From positions 51,584,001-51,648,000 of the forward strand of contig NC_043008.1 of assembly GCF_006345805.1 (NCBI RefSeq): a stretch of DNA of 64,000 nt, read 5' to 3'. The position numbers and the translations under genes were made by a program. The stretch comes from Octopus sinensis (Eukaryota). Under the pieces are notes generated by a model. It did not search any database, had not been told where the DNA came from, and worked only from the letters and a program-made list of their open reading frames with translations. Shown in pieces: positions 38,641 through 53,004 of this stretch (position 1 is its first letter; each line of letters opens with the position of its first letter).

Positions 38641-39109
38641 TTTTATGGATAAGATGAATTTGAAGCAGCTGGAAAATGTGTCTTTGCATAAACTGTAAAT
38701 TGGGTATTTGACGTAGCATTAGAAATTGCATTTGTGTTGTGGAGAACTTTTGGCCTCATGGTCATATGGTTTCCGTCTTTGGGACTTCTGACACCAGCGT
38801 ATGTGGACGGATATTTTTTTAGGGGCAATCAGCAGATAAGGTCATAGACATAAAATACACTGGTATCAAGTGTCCAATGAATTTGGCGCATGGAAAGACA
38901 AGAATATATGTATGCAAAGAAGAAAATACTCACAACCACCCAGTGGGTGCTTTTCTATAAATGAAAGCAGTTAAGATGTGCTTATCTGTAACTCCCTTCC
39001 CATGTTGTGAGAGTTATATGTTGAGAGATGTAGAAAAGAATGTATGTATATGTAGGTATATATAAATATACATGTGTGTTATGTTTGTGCATGAGAATAT
39101 GTCAGTTGC

Positions 39110-39142
<33 letters not shown>

Positions 39143-39154
39143 CATCTCATCATC

Positions 39155-39720
39155 ATCATCATCATCATCAACGTTTAACGTCCGTTCTCCATGCTAGCAT
39201 GGGTTGGACGGTTCGACCGGGGATCTGGGAAACCAGAAGGCTGCACCAGGCTCCAGTCTGATCTGGCAGTGTTTCTACAGCTGGATGCCCTTCCTAACGC
39301 CAACCACTCCGTGAGTGTAGTGGGTACTTTTTATGTGCCACCTGCACAGGTGCCAGACAAGGCTGGCAACAGCCACGGTTGGATTGGTGCATTTTACATG
39401 CTACCGGCACGGAAGCCAGTCAAGGCGGCGCTGGCATCGGCCATGATTCGGATGGTGCTTTTTATGTGCCACCGGCACGGAAGCCAGTCGAGGCGGCGCT
39501 GGCATCGGCCAAGTTCAGATGGTGCTTTTTACGTGCCACCGGCACAGGGATCACAACAGCAGTTTCCATTGATTTTGATGTTGGTGTACTTGACTCAATG
39601 GATCTCCTCAAGCACAGGGTCGAAATGGTGTTTCTTCACTTGCCACCTGAACAGGAGTCAGTCCAGCAGTCCTGGCAACTGCCGGGTGCCAGTCGTAGGA
39701 TTGGTTCAATTTCGATTTTT
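39155..39720 (-). mobile_element. RTE 3'UTR-type repeat with internal ~55-bp subrepeats
   Basis: Matches 5750-6200 and 56474-56952; (cat)n at the left end. Confidence 0.75.
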
Positions 39721-40234
39721 TAATAATAATATTAAATAATAATATTATTTGTAAATAATAATAATGGTATTTTTATATAAGCTTAAAGCTTATGGCAATC
39801 ACTAGGCATCTTAATTATAACATCTATTATTTTCATGCTTGCATGGTTTTAACAGAATGTGTTGAGGTTTTCTATGGCCTGATGCCCTTCCTGTCACTAA
39901 CACTCACCTGATTCCAAGCAAGGTTATATTTCTTCCTGGTCTGACATATTTTCACAGTAGAATGGAATTGAAAAGTTTTTGACTAATTATGCCATGTCAA
40001 GGTAAGGAGACAAACATAGCATATATGCACACACACACACACATTTATTGATAATAATAAAGTTAGAAGAAATGAAGTCTTTCTTCCTTAGTTTATATAA
40101 AGGTACAAAAAGCTTCAAACTTTCCAAGGAAATGAAATGGAATGAAATAAAATTATATAAAGTCAAACAATGTAGAATACCCCAGGAGTACAACCATTCT
40201 CAAATGCTTGGCGTAATTTCTTCCATCACCTTTG

Positions 40235-41070
40235 GTATCCCCTAAAGCAGGCTGGCCAACCTGAGACCCACAGGCCACATGCAGCCCACAGACTGTTAAC
40301 TTGCAGCCCACTTGATATTTTCTTGAAATGGGTTTATTGAGACAAACATTTAAAATTTTTTATCAAAAATTAAAGATTGTAATGAAAAGGAAAAGAGAAA
40401 GATACCATGTTTTGAAGCAATAATATTTCATGCTGAATCAACAATCATTCATTCACTGTTGTAATAATAGCATGAGAAAGCAAAATGTTTTCAATTCTGT
40501 CAGTATACAAGTGGCCTTCAAAAAACTTCCTGTGATTAAAGTAGCCAACAATGTAATTTGTGTTGACAGGCTTGTGGTGAAGTGATTGCAGAGCAATGTG
40601 AGATGAAGTGTTTTGCTCAAGAACACAACACACCTCCTGGTTTAGGTGTGCAACACCCAAACTGCTAGGACATGCATTCTCAAAATAATGAGTCAATATT
40701 ATTTTTGTTTGTAAATTGAAATTAAAATGCATAGTTGATGTTAATATATAGGGAATAATTTGTATAAGTAGGTTACAATTAAGTAAGTGGATGCCTAATA
40801 TCAAGCAAGTGAGCATTGTTATTTGTATAATAAAAATAATTATATGTCAATTATAATCCTCCTATTATTGTGGCAGTGACAAGGACCCATTAGTAATCAA
40901 TAATGGTATTGCAATCTTTGATAAAAAGTTGGGAGAAAGCACTTATATCCCAAACCCATGATACTATTACAATAAAGGTCTGAGAAAGTGTTTTAAATTT
41001 ATTTTCTTAAAGCAAGATTTATTATATAAGGAGGATTGGTTATAAAATAAGATTGAATAGTTGAATAGAT
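40235..41070. repeat. Segmental duplicate of 44957-46540 (begins with a hAT-like terminus cagg(g)ctggccaacc)
   Basis: Long runs of near identity. The second copy has extra inserts at ~45300-45841 and ~46230-46500. Confidence 0.85.
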
Positions 41071-42948
41071 ATAACTATAATACTTGAAAATATAACTGTT
41101 ATAGTTATATTTGTGTGTGTATATATATAAAGAGATAGAGAGAGAGAGGGAGGGGCACACTTATAGGGTGGTATATATTCGGCATCTTAAAGAAGATTTT
41201 CCCATCAGTTCTCTTTCTTCTATACAGAGATGACGCTCAAGCAACTCTTGAGGGGCTAACATCTGCACTCTTGAAAGGCCTAATTAGCACACGTGTGGCT
41301 CAAAATTACAATCGCGATTAACTTCGCCGTTGTAAACTTTTTGGATGCTACCTTAGACCTGAGTTTTGTTCTTACAGACCCTACCACAAAGCAAAATGTG
41401 AGGCTGCCCTACACTAACACAACCTTCTGTCATATTCAGAAACATAATGAAGGGTGACAGAATCTTAAACCTGTCCTCGAACCAAGTGATGTTCAACGCC
41501 ACAGCCCACTTTTTACAACATGGTTCTGGCATCCACTGAGTTTAAGCACCGCATTTCCTAATTGCCAAACCCTGGCACTCGCAAAAGGAACTATCATCGG
41601 AATGTCGTTTGGCTTTCCGCACCCTTCTTTCTTAATGTTAAAAGCTGTGTGTGAAGAATATTCCTTTGATTGTTGGACAAACATTTCGCACACTCTTAAA
41701 GATCCGGACGTTTGTTCAGTAATTTTATTGTCTGGACAATAAAATAAGAACAATAAAAAATAAACTGAAGTGAAGATCGAATATATAGTGCGTATCTTTA
41801 ATTGGCCAGAAAAGAAGAAAGAAAAGAACAAAAGACCATGGCAAAATATAACAATAACTGTTTCTACAGACGATTTCATAGGAATTTTGCAAAACAAACG
41901 CATAAACGTTTCATTGTGAAGCCGTTGGATTTATAAATGAACCTCTGAGAGAAAGGGGAAGTCCTGCCCATTCCATAATATCCTTATCTAGGAGAACTGA
42001 ATGTGTTTTTAAATGAAAATAATGCAGAATATACAATTTATAAAGTAACATTAACTTTAAACCATGTAAAAAATTATGTATATATAGTGCAATCTCCACC
42101 TGTGCTGCTTGTCTATATATTTACGGGTTAAGGTAAAATTTGTTAACGGTAAAGAGAAAAACATAGGAGATAGATAGGTAGATAGATAGATAGATAGAGA
42201 GAGGGTCTTTATGCATAAACAAACTATTGATCGTACACAAGATATGCCACTTTTTAAATTGTAAAATATTTAACAGTAGAACGAAACAAACACGGCGAAG
42301 TTTCAGATCTGCACGCGACTTAATTTAGATATTCTCCGATTTGACGGAGATTTTCCGAATTTTTTTGTTCACCACGACTTTTGAAAAGAGAGATTGGGAT
42401 GTGCATCTGTTTATGGAAAATAATTTCTGCAAATTCAAGATCCTTTTCACCTCCACCCCATCGCGCACTCCTTCAGACAGATTTTGGCCAATTCTTTTGG
42501 CACGAAAATCCATGTGAAAGGCTTTGATCTTCCTTTCTTTTTCTCCGTTGCTCTCTTAAAGAGTTGTCTGTTTAATAGAAGAGAGATAACTGACATTTAC
42601 TTATTAGCTTCACGTCCCTTGGTTACTATTTTCTTGCAATAAAACGCAAAGTGAGTCATTGGTCACACAAGAGAGAGAAAGAGGAGAGAGAGAGGGAGAG
42701 AGAGAATAGAGAGAGAGAGAGAGAGAGAAAGGATTAGAGGACAAAGGGAATAGGAGTGGATGGAAGTCAGAGACGTTGAAGGCAGGCTGAGAGCATTCAA
42801 AGGTTTTCTTCTGAAGATATGGATATTCTAATCAAAATAAAACTGCAAATTTGTATCATAAATTATATATAATCTATCAGATTCACACACACACACACAC
42901 ATACGCACCTCATATACATACATATCCACACAAATATATATATATATA

Positions 42949-43341
42949 TCTATACATATAAAACTGTAGTTGTGTGAGTGTCTGTCCCCTTTGATTTAGA
43001 TTCCTAACTACTCCCACATTTTGCGGTGCAGTTTAACCAAAACCGGGTATCTTATATTTGTGATTCATATCGAGCCTTTCTAGGTATTAGCGCTTGTCTA
43101 CGATGAGTCTACGATTTTAAAAATAATTTACCATCATTTTTTCCATTTTCATGAATATTTTTTTAAAGGGAAGTAACTCTCTAAAAATGTCTACGATGAA
43201 TCAATGATTTAAAAAAAAAATTACCATCATATTTTATCCATTTTTAATGCCTTTTTTTGCTATTTTTTGGCTATAACTCTCTAAAAATGCTGTATAGTTA
43301 TTTCCCTTACAAACCCGAGCAACGCCGGGCGATACTGCTAG
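42949..43341 (+). mobile_element. Non-autonomous Helitron
   Basis: 5' TC-tatacatataaaa, 3' hairpin cccgagcaacgccggg then CTAG (43338-43341) followed by T. Confidence 0.8.
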
Positions 43342-43426
43342 TATATATATATGAAATAAAATTATTAAACACATTTGTTTTCAGAATATTCCCGTTCTCA
43401 TGTATATGGATGTTGTTTGACTGAGA

Positions 43427-43461
<35 letters not shown>

Positions 43462-44142
43462 TGTATGTATGTATCTGTATGCATATGTGTGTGTGTATAT
43501 ATAAATAAAGAGAGAGAGAGGGAGGGGCACGTTTATAGGGTGGTATATATTCGGTATCTTAAAGAAGAGTTTCCCATCAGTTCTCTTTCTTCTATACAGA
43601 GATGACGCTCAAGCAACTCTTCAGGGGCGAACCTCCGCACCTCTGAAAGGCCTAATTAGCACAAAATTACAATTAGCACAAAATTTATTTATTAGCTTCA
43701 CGTCCCTTGGTTACTATTTTCATGCAATAAAACGCAAAGTGACTCATTGGGCACACAAGAGAGAGAGAGCGAGAGAAAGAGAGAGAGAGAGACAGACAGA
43801 GACAGAGAGAGAGAAGGATTAGAGGACAAACGGAATAGGAATGGATGGAAGTCAGAGACGTTGAAGGCAGGCTGACAGCATTGAAAGGTTTTCTTCTGAA
43901 GATATGGATATTCTAATCAAAATAAAACTGTAAATTTGTATCGTAAATTATATATAGTCTATCAAATTCACATGCACGCACATAGACACGCGCGCGCATA
44001 CACACATATACACCTCATATACATACATACCCACACAAATATATTTATGAAATATAATTATTGAACACGTTTGTTTTCAGAATATTATCGTTCTCATATA
44101 TATAGATGTTATGTTATTTGACCGAGAATATATTTATGTGTG

Positions 44143-44243
<101 letters not shown>

Positions 44244-44519
44244 TATGTGTGTATGTATGTATGTGTGTTGTGTGTGTATGTGTACATATATTTATATACA
44301 TATATATATATACATATATGAGGGAGAATTCACAAAAAGGAACAAAAGACGAAATACAGGAGAAATTAGAGAAGGCCAGATTTAAAGGGAAAAATTAAAA
44401 AAAGGGAAGGAAATTGAAAAGGGCAGGTTCAGAACTAAAAATGAATGAGTGCTTGGGAATGATTGTAATAAGAAAGAACATTATATATAAATGAGCATAC
44501 ATAGGTGCAATGAGCAACC

Positions 44520-44770
44520 ACTTCAAAAAATGATTCAGGAACCAAGTTGCATCATTTACCAGTAACTGCAAGAGTCAATGCACCTCACTCACAGACTTTG
44601 CATGGAAACTTAAAAACAAAGGGATAAGATCTGTAACAACGTAGTTAGTATTAAGAAACACAAACCCCTATGATGCACTGTCCCATGTTTGCAACTTATA
44701 CCTGGAAGAGACTCTAAAGATAATTTTATGTAAGGACAAACTAATTAATAAGCATTATCAGGTTATACTT
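44520..44770 (+). mobile_element. Penelope-like GIY-YIG C-terminal fragment
   Basis: Translates as ..ASF....TSLTDFAWKLKNK....PYD....CNLYLEE..I....LINK. Confidence 0.6.
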
Positions 44771-47108
44771 ATGTGTAACCATAAATTAAATAGCACTTTT
44801 AAAGGGTTTGGGAAAATAATATAAGAAATTCTAGCTGATATTGAAACTGTTTTTATAAAAACCTTCATTACTCTGAACGGATTACTTGTGTTGGCAGGTT
44901 GGAATCCTTACTTGTTTGCATGTTAAAGAAGTTGTAACAAATTGTAAAAGTTGTTTAGTATCCCCTAAAGCAGGGCTGGCCAACCTGTGACCCACAGGCC
45001 ACATGCAGCCCACAGACTGTTAACTTGCAGCCCACAGACTGTTAACTTGAAATGGGTTTATTTAGACAAACATTTAAAAAATTTTATCAAAAATTAAAGA
45101 TTGTAATGAAAAGGAAAAGAGAAAGATCCCCTGTTTTGAAGCAATAATATTTCATGCTGAATCAACAATCATTCATTCGCTATTGTAATAATAGCATGAG
45201 AAAGCAAAATGTTTTCAGTTCTGTCAGTATAGAAGTGGCCTTCAAAAAACTTCCTGTGATTAAAGTAGCCAACAATGTAATTTGAGTTGACAGGCTTGTC
45301 CTAAGGGATAATAATAAGTTGATTAACATTGATGTTTGCATCTTCAGCAAAGTTATAGAAAAAAAATCTGTATTCATCATATGCAAAATCTGTGATAATT
45401 ACTATTTGTTAGTTTTAATCACTTTAAATAATGAATCAACATTATCGCTGATTACATTTATATCCAAATACCTGTTAATGTTGATGGTTGTTGATGAGAT
45501 AGGATAGGTATTTACAAGACTGTCAATGAAATTGTAATGAGGTGTATATGTCTTTTGGTATACCATAAGTGGCTAACTTGTATTAACATATTAACATTGT
45601 TGTTTGCATGTTCAACATAGTTACTGTAAAAATTTGTAAATTTTTTAATTTTATATATGCTGTATGGAACCTTGAAATGATGGACTCTCCCATCAAAGAC
45701 GACATGTGAGCATTCAGCTTTTGTCAAATGATCTTCACAAATGACTTCTTTTATAGTGATCAAATGTTTGTGCCGTACATTAGCTCACTCCCTCCATCAA
45801 ATTGACGTTGCTTGAACAAGTGCACAGTATACCACATGTCAGGTGGTGAAGTGATTGCAGAGCAATGTGAGATGAAGTGTTTTGCTCAAGAAAACAATAC
45901 ACCTCCTAGTTTAGGTGTGCAACACCCAAACTGCTAGGACATGCGTTCTCAAAATAATGAGTCAATATTATTTTTGTTTGAAAGGGTTATGTCAATTGAA
46001 ATTAAAATACATAGTTGATGTTAATATACAGGAAATAATTTGTATAAGTAGGTTACAATTAAGTAAGTGGATGCCTAATATCAAGCAAGTGAGCATTGTT
46101 ATTTGTATAATGAAAATAATTATATGTCAATTATAATCCTCCTATTATTGTGACAGTGACAAGAACCCATTAGTAATCAATAATGGTATTGCTATCTTTG
46201 ATAAAAAGTTGGGAGAAAACTATTTCCCAAGTGTGTGTACTTACAAGTCAGTGGGTCTTCAGTAAAGGAAAATTCGATGAAGATAGTTGTCTAGTTACTT
46301 CTGTAGTAGAATACTCTGGATGCTGGCTTTTTATATGATTCACAAGATTTGTCAATTGAGTTCCTTTTTCTGGGTCACCTTTCTCCAACTTGCATTTCCA
46401 TACATGTTCACTGTCTATCTGGTTAAAATATTTTCTAATGATTTGTTCGTTTTCATGAAGCATGGGTTAGTTTAAAATAGAAGATACTTTGCCACCCCAC
46501 TGATTGGTTATAAAATAAGATTGAATAGTTGAATAGATATTAAAATAATTGCAATGATTATATGGAAGACTGAAATGGTAAAATAGTGAGAATAGCTACA
46601 AAGGGGCATGTTAATCAGTGATAGTCATAAAATAAATATGAAATATAGTTATAATAAATTACATATATTGATGGAAAAAATATATATTAACTTTATTCAG
46701 ACAGAAATCATTTTATATTTATGATACCATAATGTAATGCAGCTGAAGCAAAATAGTAATCTTCAGTAGTGAAGAATGAAGAATCTGAACATTCAAAATT
46801 TATGTTTATTTACAGCTGGTTTATTCATAATAATTGTCTGACCTGTGTTTTGATTGCATTAATTGCATGCTGTTGTAATTCAAATACCAAACCTGTTTCA
46901 ACAGTGTATTGAAATTATTACTGAGCTAATATTGCTTTATATTGTGTTGCATCACTGTTATATCAAGGGCCTGGAGAATGTAGTGCTGCCCTGGGTGAAC
47001 AGTGTGGCCGCTGGAAGACCCTATGTCTGGTAAAAGGACTCTGCACCATGCCACGCAAGCAGGAGAACCCAGTAATGGTTGTAAGACAATTCCTGTGACC
47101 ACATCACC

Positions 47109-48290
47109 AGAGGTTGTAAAAAATTAATTGATGAAAAATCAATTGTAATATATTCGTCTAATTAATTGATTGAAATCATACTGCCAATTAATTGATTGCT
47201 ATTATATTAATTAATTGCAACATTGTCAGCGAAAGTTTTTCAAATGGCTCATACTTCACTTGACAATCAATTGGCAAATACAGTGTTCTATTATTATTTG
47301 AGGTGTTGTGTTGACACTCTGTTCTGACTGCTGAGAATAATTCACACATTCCATCATGCTTGGGAATTGGCTATTGTGTATGTTGTCAAATAACTTCTGT
47401 TGGGTGCTGACACTTGGTTAAGACTGCTGAGAATAATTCACACATTCTGTCATGTTTGATAATCGGCTATTGTGTATGTTGTCAAATAATCGCTATTGAG
47501 TGATTCTTGGTTCTGACTACCAAGAATGATTCACACATTTAATCATAAGCTTGCCTGCAATGCAGTTGTATCATGAATTCCATTCCAACATATTAACTGA
47601 ATCAGACTTTCATCAGTGGGGTGGCAAAATATCTTCTATTTTAAACTAACCCATGCTTCATGAAAACGAACAAATCATTAGAAAATATTTTAACCAGATA
47701 GACAGTGAACATGTATGGAAATGCAAGTGTGGAGAAAAAGGTGACCCAGAAAAAAGGAACTCAATTGACAAATCTTGTGAATCATATAAAAAGCCAGCAT
47801 CCAGAGTATTCTACTACAGAAGTAACTAGACAACTATCTTCATCGAATTTTCCTTTACTGAAGACCCACTGACTTGTAAGTACACACACTTGGGAAATAT
47901 GACAAATGTGACATTAAGGAAATACATGGAGAGATTTACTCAGGAAGTGGAAAAGAAAATATCTGATGAACTTTCAAGTAAATTTTTGTTGGTAATCGAT
48001 GGCTGGACAAAGGGTTTGATGCATTTCATTGGACTTTTTCCATCTGAACCATGCAATTATCAAAATGATTATTGTACCTTTTTCCTGGCATTTTCGCCAA
48101 TGGTAAGGGAAACATCATTCACTGCCTCTGATCATTTTGAACTTATAGAATATGTGTTAAGTGTCTATGACAAAAATTTAGAAAATGTTTTAGCTATAAC
48201 TGGAGATGACACTGAAGTGAACAAATCTATAGCAATTTCGTGTGTAGAAACCATTGACTGGATGGGCCACCCATAAATTCAATCTAGCTG
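47109..48290 (+). mobile_element. hAT-superfamily transposon remnant (subterminal ~95-bp repeats, BED-finger-like segment, start of DDE domain)
   Basis: YFNQIDSEHVWKCK..TNLVNHIKSQH; LVIDGWT and ITGD in ORF 47890..48276; repeats at 47326, 47422 and 47515. Confidence 0.75.
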
Positions 48291-48329
48291 TTACTGCTTA
48301 TCTCAACAAGCAGGAAATTAAGGTCTGAA

Positions 48330-49900
48330 AAATATGAGTAATATTAGAATAACAACTGAAATGGTAACCAAACAGACAACAAAGATCCCAAACTGGAAAT
48401 GCCCAGGACTGGATGGGGTACAAGGATATTAGCTGAAAATTTTCCCACAACTACACAGAAGAATAGCCATGCAAATGGATAAAACGATCACAAACGGTGT
48501 ACAAATCCCAAATTGGCTAACCACTGGTAAAACAATTTTTGTCAAGGATCCCAGCAAAAGCAATGGCAATGCAGAGGATAATTACTGGCCTATCGCCTGC
48601 CTGCCCTCTGATGTGAAAGTTGATGACGGGAATAATATCTAGTTGTGTGTATAACTTCATGGAAATGAATGACAAACTGCCAGTGGAAAAGAAAGGGTGC
48701 AGAAGAAAAAGCTGGAGGACGAAAGACCAACTCCTGATAGACAGAATGGTACTGAATGACTGCAAAAAAAGACTAATTTGAGCATGGCATGGAACGATTA
48801 TAAGAAAGTGTATGACAGGTACAGGTGTCTGATAACACATCAAATTTCATTAGGAGATCAATAAAAAGCTGGAAAACAGAGTTAAATTCACGTGGAAAAG
48901 TTTTGCCAACAGTTAATGTCACGAGAGGCATATTTCAAGGAGATAGCCTATCACCATTGCTGTTCGGGACTTTTATGATACCCCTCACACAGATACTACA
49001 GAAGGTGACATCAGGGTACTAATTGAAAAGTAGAGGAAAATTAAATCATCTGTTATATATGGATGATTTAAAGATCTTTGGAAATAGCAAACATGAAATA
49101 AATGGCCTAGTTTCAACAGTGCAGATATTCAGTAAGGATATCAGAATGGAATTTGGTCTAAAATGTGTGGTATGCTTATAATACAAAGAGGGGATTATAG
49201 AATACCACAAAATCGAGGAAAAGGACATGAAGGAAAACTTTAGGTGAGAATATCTCAGAAGAACCAAATTAATTATGGGAAATAGACTGAATGGAAAAAC
49301 AAAATCAGGGCAAAGAACACATGTGATATGGCACAGGTGTTGTTAGGTGGAGAAAGATCGAGCTTATTGTGGGTGAGTGTAACAAGCTGGCCCAAAAGCA
49401 CTACAAAAGGAGGCACGATAACAAGGCTAAGTTCATCCACTGAAAGCTATATGAAAAGTATAGTCTGAACAGAGCACGAAAATGATATGAACATGAACCA
49501 GAAGGAGTTACCAAGAATAAGGAACATAAGATACTGTGGGATTTTACAATTCAATATGACTCCCTAATCGAGGCTTGGGAAACCAGACATTGTTGTGATA
49601 GATAAAGGTAAAGAGGAAACCAAAATCATAGATACTGCAACACCTGGAGATGCACACATTAGTGACAAAGAACTAGAAAAGATTGAAAAGTACAGAGTAC
49701 TAAAAGACAAAATTGCAAGAATGTGGACTATGAAGAGAGTATCTGTCATTCCAGTAGTTGTAGGGGCACTCAGAGTACTAACAACCAAGTTGAAGAAGCT
49801 TGTGTAAGAAATTGGAAATGACATGAAAGCAGAGTAAGCCCCCAAAACTGCCCTGTTGGGGACAGCTAGGACTTTGAGATTGGTACTTGGATGTTAAATG
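48330..49900 (+). mobile_element. R4/Dong-type LINE fragment (RT plus RLE)
   Basis: PNWKCPG.DG, NYWPIACLP, GIFQGDSLSPLL, YMDDLK, ILWDFTIQ, PDIVVIDK and IPVVVGAL motifs with frameshifts. Confidence 0.85.
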
Positions 49901-50379
49901 TCTCCCATGATAATTAACAACCAAGTATCAAAGGTTATAATGTGCAGAAAGATACCCCGAGAGAACTCTGATGGCAGGCTGCTGTACGCTCTCACAGAAT
50001 CTACCAGAACAAACAAGACTGAATGTTAGGAGAAGAAGAGGGAGGAGGAGGAGGAGGAAGAGACAAAGTAGTAGTAGTAGTAGTAGTAGTGTCCTAACAA
50101 ATGCAGTAATCTCAGTTCTGCATGGATTGGTTATAATAAGGGCTTCGACAGCATACCACATTCATGGATCTTGAAATCGCTTGATATCTTCAAAACATCT
50201 CCTTTAATTTCTTACTTCCTGAAGTAAATGTCAATGTGGAATATGAATCTCCAATTATGACACTCTAATGGAATACTGACCACAAAAAATATTAATATCA
50301 ACTCCTGTATTTTCCAAGGTAACTCGCTTTCATCTTTAATTTTTTACATAGGCCTACAACCCTTACAACAAATGAACTT

Positions 50380-51980
50380 ATCAGAACCGGGTATCGATAT
50401 AAAATTGGAAACAGGAACATAAGTCATCTGTTTTATATGGATGACTTAAAACTCTATGGCAAAGATGATAATGAGTTTGAAGGACTACTACATACTGTGA
50501 AAGCATTCAGTGGTGACATCAGGATGGAATTTAGTCTTCATAAATGTGTCACGGCCACTTTCCAGAAAAGAAAATTGAAGACCTCTCATCCAGTGGTGTT
50601 GGATGTTGACACAGTCATAAAATAACTCAAGCAGGAATGAACTTACAAATACCTCGGAATAAATGAGGGCTCTGACATTCAGCATTCAAGCATGAAAGAG
50701 ATCAGGAAGGAGTGTTACAGGAGAGTTTGAGCAGTCCTAAAATCCAAGTTAAATGCATGTAACAAGGTGTTTGCTATAAATTCCTTAGCAATTCCAGTTG
50801 TTATTTACAGTTTCAATGTGTTTAATTGGAATATGAGTGAAATAAGGAAGATTGACTGTAAAATACGTAAGCTGCTGACTTACAATAAGATGCACCACCC
50901 AAAGGTAGACGCAGATCATCTTTACCTACCCAGAACTCAAGGAGATTGAGGCTTGATCCAATTTGAAATCTTCTACAAAACCACAACAATTGAACTGGCA
51001 AAATATCTTGAAACATCAAACGACTGGATGTTAAAGCTAGTTGAAAACCATGCAAGATGTAAGAAGTTTCATTCTGTTAAGGAGAGCAAAATTTTTCAAG
51101 TGAGTTTATGCATAATACCCAGGTTGAACAGTATAATGGAAGTACAGTAACTGTAGCTGCGAAGAAGGTGAAATCAATAGCAAAGCAAAATGTGTTTGAA
51201 CAATTGGCTGATAGGTGGGAACAAAAACCTCTGCAAGGCAAATATGTGGCTCATAACAAACAAGCTGATGTAGACCAGAAGCACACCCATCAGTGGCTAC
51301 GGAGCTCAAGGCTAAAGATAGAGAGTGAAGGCTTTATCTTGGCTGCCCAAGATTAAAGCTTATTGACCCAGAACTATCAAGTCAATGTGATGAAAAATGG
51401 GATAGATCCAAAGTGCTGATCCCGCAATAAAATGATTGAAACAGTGGACCACCTAATCTCAGGATGTAAGGTTTTAGCACCTGTAGAGTACAAATCAAGA
51501 CGTGACAGAGTTGGCCAATATCTACATTGGAGAATGTGTCAGCATTATAAAATCAAAATTGCTGACAAATGGTACAAGCGCCACCCTGAGGCTATAACTG
51601 AGTGAGAAAATGTGACTATTCTTTGGGATTTCCCAGTATATACAGACTGGACTATCAAAGCAAATAAACCAGATATTGTTGTGAAATACCAAAACAATAA
51701 AGTCTGTTTATTGATTGACATGAGCATACCCTGTCACCATAATATCTTGACAAAAGAATTTGGCAAGCTCAGAAAATATAAAGATTTGCTAATTGAGATT
51801 GAAAAGATGTGGCATCTCAAGCTAGTTACAATACCAGTGATTTTAGGAGCACTTGGAATGATCAAACAAAGGAACTGAAAATCATTTAAGAATGATCCCT
51901 GACTTACCATCCATGCAGGAGGTGCAAAAGATTGTCTTAACTGGTATGTCACACGTTTTGAGAAGAGAAGGTTGCTGTGA
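50380..51980 (+). mobile_element. R4/Dong-type LINE fragment (RT end plus RLE)
   Basis: YMDDLKLY, YKYLGINE, ESEGFILAAQD, ILWDFPVYTD..IKANKPDIVV, IPVILGALG. Confidence 0.85.
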
Positions 51981-52197
51981 ATTTCCCCCACCTTTTTCTT
52001 GTTTACTGTTTTAGTTTTTTATTTTTCCTTTTTCTCTCTGTCTTCTTTTTCTCTATCACATAATTTTGTAAGTGAGCTATCTGGTGTGTTTATTTTAATA
52101 GCTTCCCAATGTATACAGTACATTTCGATGCCCTAGGTGTCAGAAGATGGTCATCAAGAAATGGAAACAGAATTGAAAGATGTATAGAAGCGGTGGC

Positions 52198-52240
<43 letters not shown>

Positions 52241-52649
52241 CAGCAGCATTTGGGTTTTATGATCTTTAGTGTAAATGAGGGCTATTCTCTCAATATACTG
52301 GTTTTACTTTTTAAAAATTAAAAAAAATAGTGCTCATGAGAACTTCCATATCCTACTTAAAATATTGTCTATGTAATCCACAAAATATTTTAATCGATAA
52401 ACAGTGTCAAAATACTTTTAAATATACATAACAATAAACACCTTTTATTGTCATCTTAACATCAAACTATCATCTTATAATCAAATTACTTTTAAAGAAA
52501 ACTTCTAATTTACTTATGTTTTGACAGACATTCTCTAGAACAATATATGGCACTCTAGTCAACACTAATTTGAACTTCTAACTTGTTGTCTCTTGAGGTT
52601 TCTGGGTGAGACTTAGAGTCAACTTGTACAAATACAAAGCAAAAGCCAA

Positions 52650-52687
<38 letters not shown>

Positions 52688-52715
52688 TAACAACAACAAC
52701 AACAACAACAAGAAT

Positions 52716-53004
52716 AAGTTAAAAATAATGAGGATTTATTCAATATATTATTTAGAAATTATTCATTATGTGGTATATTTTTCAAATTTTCTTGGAGTTG
52801 ATGTTACTGACTGAAAAGTAAGATATAGTTTCTGAAATAAAAAAAATATACCAAATTGCTAAATATTGAAATCTTATATTCATATATATTTGATTAGTTG
52901 TAAGTAAGGTTGCTTTGTATCAGGATTATCAACAGACTGAGGAGTTCTTTTTATGTAGGTTCCGCATATAACTCACTATCATGGATTCCAGCTGACCTTT
53001 CTGT
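52716..53004 (-). pseudogene. Duplicated 3' end of a gene-B-like gene (TERSAGIHDSELYAEPT* at 52951-53004 plus 3'UTR)
   Basis: Direct repeat of ~54617-55144 without the SINE; 6 differences in 54 coding nt versus gene B. Cut off by the LINE at 53005. Confidence 0.8.

Noticed and set aside
39191-39739. 182-aa and 114-aa ORFs (and similar ones at 56574-57213)
   Set aside because: They arise from the GC-richer subrepeats of the RTE 3'UTR, in one case fused by chance to mariner sequence.
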